From Candidatus Nomurabacteria bacterium GW2011_GWE2_34_25 (lineage in GTDB: Bacteria > Patescibacteriota > Minisyncoccia > Phycocordibacterales > UBA9973): a DNA stretch of 64,000 nt. The notes under the pieces are model-generated. The model saw only the letters and a program-made list of their open reading frames with translations, was not told the origin of the DNA and made no database searches. The stretch lies in contig LBPS01000005.1 in NCBI GenBank assembly GCA_000990325.1, positions 17,161 to 81,160 on the forward strand, read 5' to 3'. The position numbers and the translations under genes were made by a program. This document shows positions 29,762 to 39,632 of the stretch, one piece after another. Numbering within the stretch: position 1 is the stretch's first letter; the number at the start of each line of letters is the position of its first letter.

Positions 29762-30301
29762 ATGGAATTAGAATCAAAAATTGAAGGATTACTTTTTTAT
29801 AAAGGGGAAGATGTCTCTATCAAGAAATTGGCAGAACTTTTAAATGTAAATGAAGAGGCCATAAAAGAATCTCTAAATAAACTTGAACAATCTCTAGTAG
29901 GAAGAGGTTTAGTACTCGTTCGCAAGGACGATAAAGTTGTACTCGGTATAACTGGTGAACTTTCGAGCTTGATAGAATCAATCCGAAAAGAAGAAATCAC
30001 AAAAGAACTTTCACGGGCAACACTCGAGACCCTCTCTATCGTTTTATATAAAAATGGCGTATCTCGAAGTGAGATAGACTATATAAGAGGAGTGAACTCA
30101 AGCTTTATACTTCGTAATTTACTAGTTCGTGGACTTGTTGAGAAAGTGGTAGACAGTAAAGACAGCAGAAGAATACTATATCGACCGACATTTGAAACAT
30201 TATCATATATGAACATAACTTCTATTGATCAATTACCAAACTATATAAACATAGTCTCTTCATTAACAGGTGTTATAAATCAAAACGAAAACAATGACTA
30301 A
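29762..30301 (+). CDS. scpB: Segregation and condensation protein B
   Basis: LETLSIVLY, IDYIRGVNS motifs. Confidence 0.93.
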   Translation: MELESKIEGLLFYKGEDVSIKKLAELLNVNEEAIKESLNKLEQSLVGRGLVLVRKDDKVVLGITGELSSLIESIRKEEITKELSRATLETLSIVLYKNGVSRSEIDYIRGVNSSFILRNLLVRGLVEKVVDSKDSRRILYRPTFETLSYMNITSIDQLPNYINIVSSLTGVINQNENND

Positions 30302-31352
30302 TGCTATTAAAATTTTCTTACCAGCGGTTATTAGTTTTATTGTTGGGATTCTTTTAACCCCAATTGCTACACATTATTTCTATAAATATCGAATGTGGCG
30401 TCGAATTTCTCGTAACAACAATTTACCAGAAAAAGAAGTTCCGGGTTTTGCAAAGATTCATGATTGTAACGCTGAAATTTCAACTCCCCGGACTGGTGGA
30501 ATGATAATATGGATTTCTGTAATATTAACCTTAGCAATTATTAGCTTGATCGACTATCTTTTTGTCGCTGATACCACAAACAAAATGTATTTTATTAGTC
30601 GCAGTCAAACACTCCTACCATTTTTTACTTTGATTGTTGCCTCTTTGATAGGTCTGGGAGATGATTTTTTACAAATTTTTGGGCGTGGAAAGTGGACAAC
30701 TGATCCTATTGTTTTGCGTTATATTAAAATAGGAATTATCCTACTTCTAGGATTAATTATTAGTTTTTGGTTTTATTTTAAACTTGGTTATACAGAATTA
30801 TATATTCCTTGGTATGGATTTATCAATCTCGGTTATTTTTTTATTCCATTTTTTCTTTTAATTATGGTGTCACTATGGTCATCAAGTGTTATTGATGGAG
30901 TTGATGGTCTTTCAGGGGGAGTTCTAGCTTCTATTTTCACTGCTTATACTCTTATTGCTTTCTTTAATGGTCAAACAGACTTGGCCACATTTTGTGCTGT
31001 AATTACAGGTAGCACACTAGCTTTTCTTTGGTTTAATATTCCACCAGCTAGGTTTTATATGGGAGAGACAGGTATGATCGGACTCACTGTTACCCTAGCT
31101 GTTATTGCTTTTTTGACTGATACAGTTCTCCTTCTTCCTATCATCGCATTTCCTTTATTTATTACATCTCTTTCAGATGTTATTCAAATAGGTTCAAGGA
31201 AACTTCGAAATGGCAAAAAAGTTTTTCTTTTTGCACCACTCCATCATCATTTTGAGGCACTTGGTTGGCCCAAATATAAAGTAACAATGCGTTATTGGAT
31301 TGTTGGAATCATAACAGCTATTTTAGGAGTTATTATTTCGCTTATAAGTTAA
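30294..31352 (+). CDS. mraY: Phospho-N-acetylmuramoyl-pentapeptide transferase
   Basis: TPRTGG, GLGDD, DGVDGL, APLHHHFE motifs. Confidence 0.95.
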   Translation: MTNAIKIFLPAVISFIVGILLTPIATHYFYKYRMWRRISRNNNLPEKEVPGFAKIHDCNAEISTPRTGGMIIWISVILTLAIISLIDYLFVADTTNKMYFISRSQTLLPFFTLIVASLIGLGDDFLQIFGRGKWTTDPIVLRYIKIGIILLLGLIISFWFYFKLGYTELYIPWYGFINLGYFFIPFFLLIMVSLWSSSVIDGVDGLSGGVLASIFTAYTLIAFFNGQTDLATFCAVITGSTLAFLWFNIPPARFYMGETGMIGLTVTLAVIAFLTDTVLLLPIIAFPLFITSLSDVIQIGSRKLRNGKKVFLFAPLHHHFEALGWPKYKVTMRYWIVGIITAILGVIISLIS

Positions 31353-31367
31353 ATTAAAAATTAAATA

Positions 31368-32492
31368 ATGGCATCTAATGATAAAAATAAAATAGACAAG
31401 ATATTTTTCGGAATAGTACTTTCTCTTGTTATCATTGGTTTGATAATGTTTATTTCTGCTTCGCTTGGAATTTTAAATAAAAATGAATCAAAATTTTATG
31501 GGGTTATGTTCAATCAAGTCATCTATGGATTATTTGGAGGACTTGTAGCTTTATATTTTGGACTAAAAATCCCGTATAAATTTTGGCGACAATATTCTTT
31601 ACCTTTATTTATAATATCTATAATTGCGACGACTCTTGTATTTGTTCCAGGCTTAGGTATGGAGCACGGAGGATCACGCAGGTGGATTGAAGTTTTTGGT
31701 ATTTCCCTGCAACCAGTTGAATTTTTAAAAATAGGATTTGTTATTTACTTTGCCGCTTGGCTTTCTTGGGTCAAAGGTAGAGTACAAGATTTCCGTTTTA
31801 GCTTATTGCCACTTATCGTACTTCTTGGGATTATCACCGCAGTTCTCATAAATCAACCTGATACAAAAAGTTTAATTTTAATTACCACAACAGCTATGAT
31901 CATGCTTTTTGTTTCCGGTACTCCATGGAAGTATATTCTTGGACTATTTGCTGTTAGTATCTTGGCTTTTGCTATTCTAGCTTTTACTACTCCTTATCTT
32001 CAGAGTCGGATAAAAACTTTTATAAATCCCAATGAAAACGGCAGTACTTCCTCTTATCAAATACAACAATCTTTAATAGCAGTAGGAACAGGTGGTATAG
32101 CTGGCAGGGGCCTCGGGCAGAGTATCCAAAAGTTTAATTATCTTCCTGAACCACAAGGAGACTCCATATTTGCTGTGATAGGAGAGGAGGTAGGATTTAT
32201 CGGTGGAGCTATAATTATTTGCTTGTATGTCGCATTTGCACTTCGTGGCTACCGTATAGCTCACTATGCACCTGACTCATTTTCTAAACTTTTTGTTATT
32301 GGAACTATCACCATCATCACTGCTCAGTCATTTATGAATATTGCGTCTATCATTGGCGTCTTTCCATTAACTGGTGTTCCACTTGTCTTCATGTCTCACG
32401 GTGGTACCGCTTTACTCCTCGATATTGGTCTAATGGGTATAGTCCTCAACATTTCAAAATTTCAAAAATCTCCAACACTAGAGAAAAAATAA
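31368..32492 (+). CDS. ftsW: SEDS peptidoglycan polymerase FtsW
   Basis: SLQPVEFLK, LPEPQGDSIFAVIGEE, PLTGVPLVFMSHGG. Confidence 0.92.
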   Translation: MASNDKNKIDKIFFGIVLSLVIIGLIMFISASLGILNKNESKFYGVMFNQVIYGLFGGLVALYFGLKIPYKFWRQYSLPLFIISIIATTLVFVPGLGMEHGGSRRWIEVFGISLQPVEFLKIGFVIYFAAWLSWVKGRVQDFRFSLLPLIVLLGIITAVLINQPDTKSLILITTTAMIMLFVSGTPWKYILGLFAVSILAFAILAFTTPYLQSRIKTFINPNENGSTSSYQIQQSLIAVGTGGIAGRGLGQSIQKFNYLPEPQGDSIFAVIGEEVGFIGGAIIICLYVAFALRGYRIAHYAPDSFSKLFVIGTITIITAQSFMNIASIIGVFPLTGVPLVFMSHGGTALLLDIGLMGIVLNISKFQKSPTLEKK

Positions 32493-32514
32493 AAAATAGG
32501 TTAAAATATAAAAT

Positions 32515-33645
32515 ATGAAAATATTACTTACAGGAGGGGGAACTGGCGGACACTTTTATCCGCTTATTGCTATAGCCGAGAAATTGATTGAGATATCTGA
32601 CAAGGAAAAGATCATTGATTTGAAGCTATACTATATGGCAGACAAACCGTACGATAAACGAATGCTTTTTGAGAATACTATTACTTTTATACAAGTTCCA
32701 GCCGGTAAAATGCGTCTTTATTTTTCGCTGAAAAATATTTCAGATCTATTTAAAACAATGTCGGGTTTATTTTTAGGATTCTTTTCAATGTTTTTTATTT
32801 ATCCCGATGTTGTTATCTCTAAAGGAGGTTATGCAGCCTTTCCAGCAGTTTTTGCATCAAAGTTGCTTCGTATTCCTGTAATAGTTCATGAATCAGATTC
32901 TTATCCTGGTAGATTAAATGTTTGGACTGCTAAATTTGCCCAAAAGGTAGCAATCTCTTGGCCAGAAGCTATTGAATATCTTCCAAAAGAAAAAACAGCA
33001 CACACAGGTCAACCTATTAGGAAAAATATTTTACACGGTGATAGTGCTGGGGCTTTTGAATTTTTTAAGCTAGATTCTTCCTTACCTGTAATTTTAGTAA
33101 TAGGTGGTTCGTCTGGAGCAGAAATAATAAATAATATTATTATAGAAGTTTTACCTGAATTACTGTCAAAATATCAAATAATTCACCAAACTGGTATCAA
33201 TAATATTGATGACGTGTCAGCTAGATCGAAGCTTGTAATGGAAAATAATGAGAATATTTCTCGATATGTAGCTGTCCCATATTTAAACAACTTAGCGACT
33301 AGAATGGCAGCTGGAATCGCCACTATAGTTATATCTAGAGCTGGTTCAGCGATTTTTGAAATTGCATCATGGGGGATACCTTCAATTATTATTCCAATAA
33401 CTAATTCAAATGGAAATCATCAGAGGAAAAATGCTTATAATTATGCCCGAACAAAGGCGTGTGAAGTCATAGAGGAAGCAAATCTTACACCACATGTTTT
33501 AATTTCAGAGATAGATAAGATTATAAATAATAAAGAAAAGCTTGCTTTAATGAAAGAGGGCGCGTTAAATTTTGCAAATCCTGATGCAGCTCATAAAATA
33601 GCATTAGAGGCAATCCAAATAGCTCAATCTCACGAAGAAATATAA
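32515..33645 (+). CDS. murG: Lipid II GlcNAc transferase MurG
   Basis: GGGTGGH, KGGY, HESD, ISRAG motifs. Confidence 0.96.
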   Translation: MKILLTGGGTGGHFYPLIAIAEKLIEISDKEKIIDLKLYYMADKPYDKRMLFENTITFIQVPAGKMRLYFSLKNISDLFKTMSGLFLGFFSMFFIYPDVVISKGGYAAFPAVFASKLLRIPVIVHESDSYPGRLNVWTAKFAQKVAISWPEAIEYLPKEKTAHTGQPIRKNILHGDSAGAFEFFKLDSSLPVILVIGGSSGAEIINNIIIEVLPELLSKYQIIHQTGINNIDDVSARSKLVMENNENISRYVAVPYLNNLATRMAAGIATIVISRAGSAIFEIASWGIPSIIIPITNSNGNHQRKNAYNYARTKACEVIEEANLTPHVLISEIDKIINNKEKLALMKEGALNFANPDAAHKIALEAIQIAQSHEEI

Positions 33646-33646
33646 T

Positions 33647-35086
33647 ATGGAAAATCAAACACAAAAAGTAGTTACACGTTTTGCTCCGTCCCCAACAGGA
33701 TTTGTTCATATTGGTAATATTCGCACAGCTTTATATGCTTGGGCTTTTGCTCGCAAAAATAATGGTACTTTCATATTAAGAGTAGAAGATACTGACAAGG
33801 CACGTGAAGTAGATGGTTCCATAGAACACGTTATTGCTTCTCTTAAGTGGCTAGGAATAGATTGGGATGAAGGTCCCGATATAGGAGGCTCAAATGCTCC
33901 ATATAAACAATCCGAAAGATTAGAATCTTATATTAAATATGCAAAAATCCTTATAGAAAAAGGTTTAGCTTATAGCGACCCTTATACAGAAGAAGAAGTT
34001 GAGGCTTTCCGTAAAAAAGCCGACGAAGAGAAAAGGCCATTCTTGTATCGTGATCACAGACCAGAGAATACACCAGTCTGGGACGGTACTAAGCCACTTC
34101 GTTTTAAAGTTACAGATATTAAAAGTTATGAATGGATTGACGTAGTTCGTGGCCATTTGAAAGCTGGACCTGAAGCACTTGATGATTTTATTTTAATAAA
34201 AAGTGACGGATATCCAACTTATAACTTTGCTCATATTATAGATGACCTAGAAATGGGAGTGACTCATGTTATGCGTGGAGATGAATTTATATCTTCAACA
34301 CCTAAATTCTTATCGATCTTTGATGCCTTAGAAATACAAAGACCAGAATTCGTAACACTTCCTCCAATAATGGGAGTTGATGGAAAGAAGAAGCTAGGTA
34401 AACGAGATGGCGCAAAAGACTTTCTTGAATACAAAGAAGAGGGATATTTACCATCAGCAATGATGAACTTCCTAGCCTTCATCGGGTGGAGTCCAGAGGG
34501 AGAGCAAGAAATACTTACACCCGAAGAATTCATAAATCTTTTTGATATTAAAAAGATTCACATAAGCGGAGGTAAGTATAACGAAGAAAAGCTTGATTGG
34601 ATAAACAAGGAACATATCAAAAAGTTATCACCAGAAGAATTAGAGAAAAATATTTTCTATTGGTTACCGACAGAACTTCAAATTAGGAAAATTGTTCCAC
34701 TTATTATGGAGAGGATTTCTAAATTTGGTGATATTAAAAATATGGTAGATAGTGGTGAACTGGACTTCTTTTACAAAGAACCAGAGTACGAAACATCTAA
34801 GTTGATATATAAAGATGTCCCTTTGTCAAAAATTAAAAGTAATTTAGAAGAAGCATTAGGCACTCTACAAAATACAGAAGAGGCTGACTTCACTTTTGAG
34901 AAAATTAAAGCCTTGCTTATGGAAATAGCAAATCATATGGATTCTAGGGGTGAAGTGCTTCACCCACTTCGCTTTGCACTCTCTGGACTCGATAAATCTC
35001 CAGATCCATTCATTTTAGCTGATATTTTAGGTAAAAAAGAAACAATTTCTCGTATTAATAAAGCTATTTCTCTTTTAAATTCATAA
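33647..35086 (+). CDS. gltX: Glutamate--tRNA ligase
   Basis: RFAPSPTG, HIGN, KKLGKR motifs. Confidence 0.97.
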   Translation: MENQTQKVVTRFAPSPTGFVHIGNIRTALYAWAFARKNNGTFILRVEDTDKAREVDGSIEHVIASLKWLGIDWDEGPDIGGSNAPYKQSERLESYIKYAKILIEKGLAYSDPYTEEEVEAFRKKADEEKRPFLYRDHRPENTPVWDGTKPLRFKVTDIKSYEWIDVVRGHLKAGPEALDDFILIKSDGYPTYNFAHIIDDLEMGVTHVMRGDEFISSTPKFLSIFDALEIQRPEFVTLPPIMGVDGKKKLGKRDGAKDFLEYKEEGYLPSAMMNFLAFIGWSPEGEQEILTPEEFINLFDIKKIHISGGKYNEEKLDWINKEHIKKLSPEELEKNIFYWLPTELQIRKIVPLIMERISKFGDIKNMVDSGELDFFYKEPEYETSKLIYKDVPLSKIKSNLEEALGTLQNTEEADFTFEKIKALLMEIANHMDSRGEVLHPLRFALSGLDKSPDPFILADILGKKETISRINKAISLLNS

Positions 35087-35119
35087 AGTAGTAAAATATG
35101 TAGTATAATAAAGATAGTA

Positions 35120-36394
35120 ATGAAAAAGATTATTTTCAGTACAATTTTTATCGGTATTATTATTTTAGGCTTTTATTCATATTCGTCTGCTCAAACAGTT
35201 GAGGAACTTCAGGCACAAATAAGTAATACAAATAGCCAGATAGAGAAGCTCAATAAGGAGATAGCCGCTCTATCGGGGCAAATAGCAGAAACAGGCCAAC
35301 AGAAGAATACTCTAGCTAATGCCATTAAAGATCTAACCCTTAAGAGAAATAAACTTATTAAAGAAAGAGAGCAGACAGAGAAAAAGATAACAGCGACTGG
35401 ATTAGTAATTAAAACTCTAGATAGTGAAATAGACACTAAAATTACCATTTTAAATAAATCAAAAGAATCTTTGGCCAACTTAATTAAAAATCTTAACCAA
35501 CAAGACGACCAAACCATTCTTCAAAAATTACTATCTCAAGAAAATTTAAGTGATTTAAGTCGTGAATATAATAATATAATTAATTTAAATACTCAATTAA
35601 AAAATTATATAAATAATATTTCTTTACAAAAAGAAAATTTAACTGTATCGAAAGATAAAAAAGAGGAAGAAAAAAATGTTTTAACTACACTCAAAAAGAC
35701 TTTGACAGTCAAAGAAATGGAAATATCTGCTAATAAAAAAGAAAAGGATACTCTACTTAAGGAAACTCAAAACAAAGAATCAGAATATAAGAAACTTTTA
35801 GCTGAAACAGAGAAGAGAAAAGATGCCTTTGAGAAGGCTATTGAAGATTATGAAGCTCAGATTAAATTTATTTTAAATCCTAAATCAATTCCAAAAGAAG
35901 GTTCAGGTGTATTGTCTTTTCCACTTAGTTCTATATTAGTCACATCTCCTTTTGGAGCCAGATGGGGAAGATTTCATTATGGGATAGATTTCCGAGCAAA
36001 AGTTGGAACTCCTGTCATGGCTATGGCAACGGGTACAGTTCTAGGGACTGGCGATACAGATACTGCTTGTAAGGGAGCTTCATTTGGTAAATGGGTTTTT
36101 ATAAAATACAACAATGGGCTTTCAAGTACCTACGGCCACTTATCTTCTATTTCAGCTAATGTTGGAGATAAAGTAAGTTCAGGCGACGTCGTCGCTCTCT
36201 CTGGTAATACTGGATCATCAACTGGTCCGCATCTACACGTAGCTGTATATGCCTCTGACGGAGTAAAGGTGGATACTGTGCCTAGTAAAAGTTGTGGTGG
36301 CAAAATCTTCACTCAGCCAATTTCAGCCTTAAGTGCATACCTAAATCCAGGGTTATATTTACCTAAAATACTAGCAAGTATGATAAAGAAATAA
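35120..36394 (+). CDS. Secreted coiled-coil M23 peptidase (EnvC-like)
   Basis: Signal peptide, long coiled coil, HYGID and HLH zinc motifs. Confidence 0.9.
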   Translation: MKKIIFSTIFIGIIILGFYSYSSAQTVEELQAQISNTNSQIEKLNKEIAALSGQIAETGQQKNTLANAIKDLTLKRNKLIKEREQTEKKITATGLVIKTLDSEIDTKITILNKSKESLANLIKNLNQQDDQTILQKLLSQENLSDLSREYNNIINLNTQLKNYINNISLQKENLTVSKDKKEEEKNVLTTLKKTLTVKEMEISANKKEKDTLLKETQNKESEYKKLLAETEKRKDAFEKAIEDYEAQIKFILNPKSIPKEGSGVLSFPLSSILVTSPFGARWGRFHYGIDFRAKVGTPVMAMATGTVLGTGDTDTACKGASFGKWVFIKYNNGLSSTYGHLSSISANVGDKVSSGDVVALSGNTGSSTGPHLHVAVYASDGVKVDTVPSKSCGGKIFTQPISALSAYLNPGLYLPKILASMIKK

Positions 36395-36448
36395 AGTTGT
36401 AAAAAAATAAAAAATATGTAATTATATTAAAGTATTTGTTATATATAT

Positions 36449-36530
36449 GCCCGAGTGGCGGAACTGGTATACGCGCACGACTTAAAATCGTGTCTCGTAA
36501 GGGATGTGGGTTCGATTCCCACCTCGGGCA
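36449..36530 (+). tRNA. tRNA-Leu (TAA)
   Basis: Cloverleaf; anticodon loop CTTAAAA; long variable arm; GGTTCGATTCC; CCA not encoded. Confidence 0.96.
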
Positions 36531-36687
36531 CAAAATAAAAAAGACGACGAAAGTCGGTCTTTTTTATTTTGTGCCCGAAACGAGTGAACTACTTCACTCG
36601 TGAGGTGGAAATCGAAAGACTTTTTGTTCTCTGGTATTAACCAGAGCAAAAAGTACCAGCGACCATAGGGCGAGATACTCCCACCTC
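36531..36687 (+). mobile_element. tRNA-3'-associated cassette with antisense target copy (homologous to 51943-52159)
   Basis: Terminator-like hairpin, split antisense tRNA end, conserved aaaagtaccagcgaccatagggcgagata, partial direct copy tcccacctc. Confidence 0.7.
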
Positions 36688-36726
36688 TATTTTCCCAATT
36701 ATTAAAATTTTGCTATACTCATACAT

Positions 36727-38142
36727 ATGTCAAAAGAATACTATACTACCATCGGCCTTGAGATACATGCGGAACTAAATACCAATTCTAAAATGTTTTG
36801 TGGTTGCAAGAACGACCCAGACGAAGTAAAACCAAATGTAAATATCTGCCCAGTTTGTATGGCTCATCCTGGTACTCTGCCTGTTATAAACAAGAAGGCA
36901 GTAGAGAGCGTTATAAAGGTAGGGCTTGCGCTCGGGGCCAATATTGCAGACTTTACAGAATTTGATAGAAAAAATTACTTTTATCCAGATATTCCAAAAG
37001 CTTACCAGATCTCACAATATAAATACCCAATCGTTTCTGGTGGCTCTCTTAAGGGAGTAGACATTACTCGTGTGCACCTAGAAGAAGATACCGCTACAAG
37101 TAAACATGACAGAGGGGATTATTCTCTTGTAGATTTTAATCGATGTGGGGTGCCTTTGATGGAGCTTGTGACCGAACCAGTAATTCATTCTTCTAAACAA
37201 GCTGGGGACTTCGGGAGAGAATTACAAACAGTCCTTCGGTACTTAGGAGTATCTGAAGCTAATATGGAAAAAGGTCAGATGAGAGTAGAACTCAACATTT
37301 CAATATCAGAAGACCCTAAGGTTTTTGGTACAAAGGTAGAAGTTAAAAATATTAATTCTTTCAAGGCGATGGAGCGTGCGGCAGAATATGAGATAAAAAG
37401 AATGTCCGCACTACTTGATACAGGAGAAGGAGATAAAATAGTTCAGGAAACTCGTGGTTGGGATGAAAGTAAACAGTCTACCTTCTCTCAGCGAAAGAAA
37501 GAAAATGCCAACGACTATAGATACTTCCCAGATCCAGATTTACCAAAACTATTTTTAAGTAAAGTTTTTGATATAGAAAAGATGAGAAGTGAACTTCCAG
37601 AACTTCCAGAAGCAAGAAGAAATAGATATAGGAATGATTGTGGAATTAAAGATGAAGATATAGAGAGTTATATTGTGGACAAAGAACTTGGCGACTGGTT
37701 CGAGAAAGTAGCAGGGGAGCTAAAAGATAAAAATAAAATTAAAATAGCCTCAAATTATATTACTTCTGATTATTTAGGCCTTAAAAAAGTAAATATGGAA
37801 GTCGGACTTCCATATGTTAAAAATTTTGCTGAGCTTATAGAGATGGTAGTAGAGAATAAAATTTCTTCTCGTGGAGCCAAAGATATCCTTGCTATGATAG
37901 TTATTAAAGATGAATCTCCACTTAAAGTAGCGACTGAAAAAGGGTTACTACAGAATCACGACGAAGGCGCACTCAAAGAAATAATAAAGAAAATTATAGA
38001 TGCCAACCCTACTGTTGTAGAAACCTACAAAGGAGGCAAAGAGAATGCTATAATGTCTCTAGTTGGTCAAGTTATGAAGGAAAGTAAAGGTAGTGCAAAT
38101 CCACAAATGGTTCAAAAATTATTAAAAGAATTATTAAGTTAA
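36727..38142 (+). CDS. gatB: Asp/Glu-tRNA amidotransferase subunit B
   Basis: IGLEIHAEL, FDRKNYFYPD, YRYFPDPDLP motifs. Confidence 0.98.
   Translation: MSKEYYTTIGLEIHAELNTNSKMFCGCKNDPDEVKPNVNICPVCMAHPGTLPVINKKAVESVIKVGLALGANIADFTEFDRKNYFYPDIPKAYQISQYKYPIVSGGSLKGVDITRVHLEEDTATSKHDRGDYSLVDFNRCGVPLMELVTEPVIHSSKQAGDFGRELQTVLRYLGVSEANMEKGQMRVELNISISEDPKVFGTKVEVKNINSFKAMERAAEYEIKRMSALLDTGEGDKIVQETRGWDESKQSTFSQRKKENANDYRYFPDPDLPKLFLSKVFDIEKMRSELPELPEARRNRYRNDCGIKDEDIESYIVDKELGDWFEKVAGELKDKNKIKIASNYITSDYLGLKKVNMEVGLPYVKNFAELIEMVVENKISSRGAKDILAMIVIKDESPLKVATEKGLLQNHDEGALKEIIKKIIDANPTVVETYKGGKENAIMSLVGQVMKESKGSANPQMVQKLLKELLS
37793..37815. repeat. Triloop palindrome in frame within gatB
   Basis: atatggaagt-cgg-acttccatat. 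Confidence 0.7.
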
Positions 38143-38237
38143 AATAACTACATAAAAATATTCAAATTCTTCGCGCTTTACCCAGATTACTGGGACCTAC
38201 GCGACTCAGAATTTCAACATTTTTACTCCGTTATTTT
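38141..38237. repeat. Long imperfect hairpin element, family B copy 2
   Basis: Similar to 8478-8567 with compensatory stem changes. Confidence 0.65.
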
Positions 38238-38253
38238 GTGATATAATTATTAT

Positions 38254-39294
38254 ATGAAAAAGATAAAAGTTGCGATAAATGGTTTTGGGAGAATTGGAAG
38301 AGCATTTTTGAAGATTGCTTGGGAGAGGGAGGACATAGAGATAGTAGCAGTGAATGACTTGGGTTCTATTGAGAGTCTTTCTTATCTTCTTCGTCATGAT
38401 ACTGTTTATCGTAATTGGGGACATCCCGTGCGAATTGAAGCCAATTCTAATGGGACAAGCAACCTGCTTATTGACGACAAGAAAGTATTGTTCATTTCAG
38501 AAAAAGATACAACAAAACTTCCTTGGAAAGATTTGGATATTGATGTAGTTGTAGAATCCACAGGCCTCTTTACTTCATTTGATAAAGCAAAATTCCACCT
38601 TGATTGTGGAGCTAAAAAGGTAGTTATCAGTGCGCCCTCAAAAGGAGCTGAGAGTACAACTAAAGGTGAGACTATTATCCTTGGTGTTAACGAAGATAAA
38701 TTTGGAACATGTGACATCACTTCCAACGCATCTTGTACTAGTAACGCTGCTTCTCCGCTTATCGCGATCATGGATGAATCTATTGGTATTGAAAAGGCAG
38801 TTTTAAACACTGTCCACGGCTATACTGCTGCTCAGGTCCTCGTAGACGGCCCAAGTAAGAAAGACCTTCGTGAAGGTCGTGCAGCAGCTCAGAATATCGT
38901 TCCAAGCTCTACAGGAGCAGCTATCGCTTTGACTGAAGCCTTCCCAAGTCTTAAGGGATTATTCGACGGTCTAGCTATTCGTGTACCAGTTGTCGACGGG
39001 TCAATTGTAGATGTTACATTTATTGCGAAGAGAAATACCACAAAAGAAGAGGTTAATGAGATAATGAAAAAAGCAGCAAAAGATCCTCGATGGGAAAAAT
39101 TGTTTACTGTTACAGAAGACAATCTTGTTTCCTCAGATATTCTTGGAGAAAGTCATGCTTGTATAGCTGATATTGATCTGACTCGTGTCGTCGGAGGCAA
39201 CCTTGTGAAAGTCCTCGGCTGGTATGATAACGAAATGGGGTATACATACACTCTTGTTGATCATGTAGTTAAAACAGGTAATACTATAAAATAA
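38254..39294 (+). CDS. gap: Type I glyceraldehyde-3-phosphate dehydrogenase
   Basis: INGFGRIGR, NASCTSN, WYDNE motifs. Confidence 0.97.
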   Translation: MKKIKVAINGFGRIGRAFLKIAWEREDIEIVAVNDLGSIESLSYLLRHDTVYRNWGHPVRIEANSNGTSNLLIDDKKVLFISEKDTTKLPWKDLDIDVVVESTGLFTSFDKAKFHLDCGAKKVVISAPSKGAESTTKGETIILGVNEDKFGTCDITSNASCTSNAASPLIAIMDESIGIEKAVLNTVHGYTAAQVLVDGPSKKDLREGRAAAQNIVPSSTGAAIALTEAFPSLKGLFDGLAIRVPVVDGSIVDVTFIAKRNTTKEEVNEIMKKAAKDPRWEKLFTVTEDNLVSSDILGESHACIADIDLTRVVGGNLVKVLGWYDNEMGYTYTLVDHVVKTGNTIK

Positions 39295-39296
39295 CT

Positions 39297-39632
39297 ATGA
39301 AAAAATTTATCTATATTGGGCTTATTTCTGGAATAATAGTTGGTTCAATTTTATTATTTAAATCAGATATAAGATTTATTCCCAAAATAATATATCTAGA
39401 AATAATAGCTGTTTCTTTATCTGTAGCCTTGAGTATAATTGTTTATTTTATTTTGGAAAAGATTGGAATATTAAAAAAACCAAGTTTTAATCTAAATAAT
39501 CAAAATGTAATCAACAAAAATAACTATTTTTTAAAAATTTTTAAATTTATTATTTTAGGATTTCTTATTATATATTTAGTAATCTATATATTAGGTTTTC
39601 TTATTGGTTTATTTTATAACGGTGGAATTTAA
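39297..39632 (+). CDS. Hypothetical membrane protein
   Basis: Three hydrophobic segments, very AT-rich. Confidence 0.6.
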   Translation: MKKFIYIGLISGIIVGSILLFKSDIRFIPKIIYLEIIAVSLSVALSIIVYFILEKIGILKKPSFNLNNQNVINKNNYFLKIFKFIILGFLIIYLVIYILGFLIGLFYNGGI

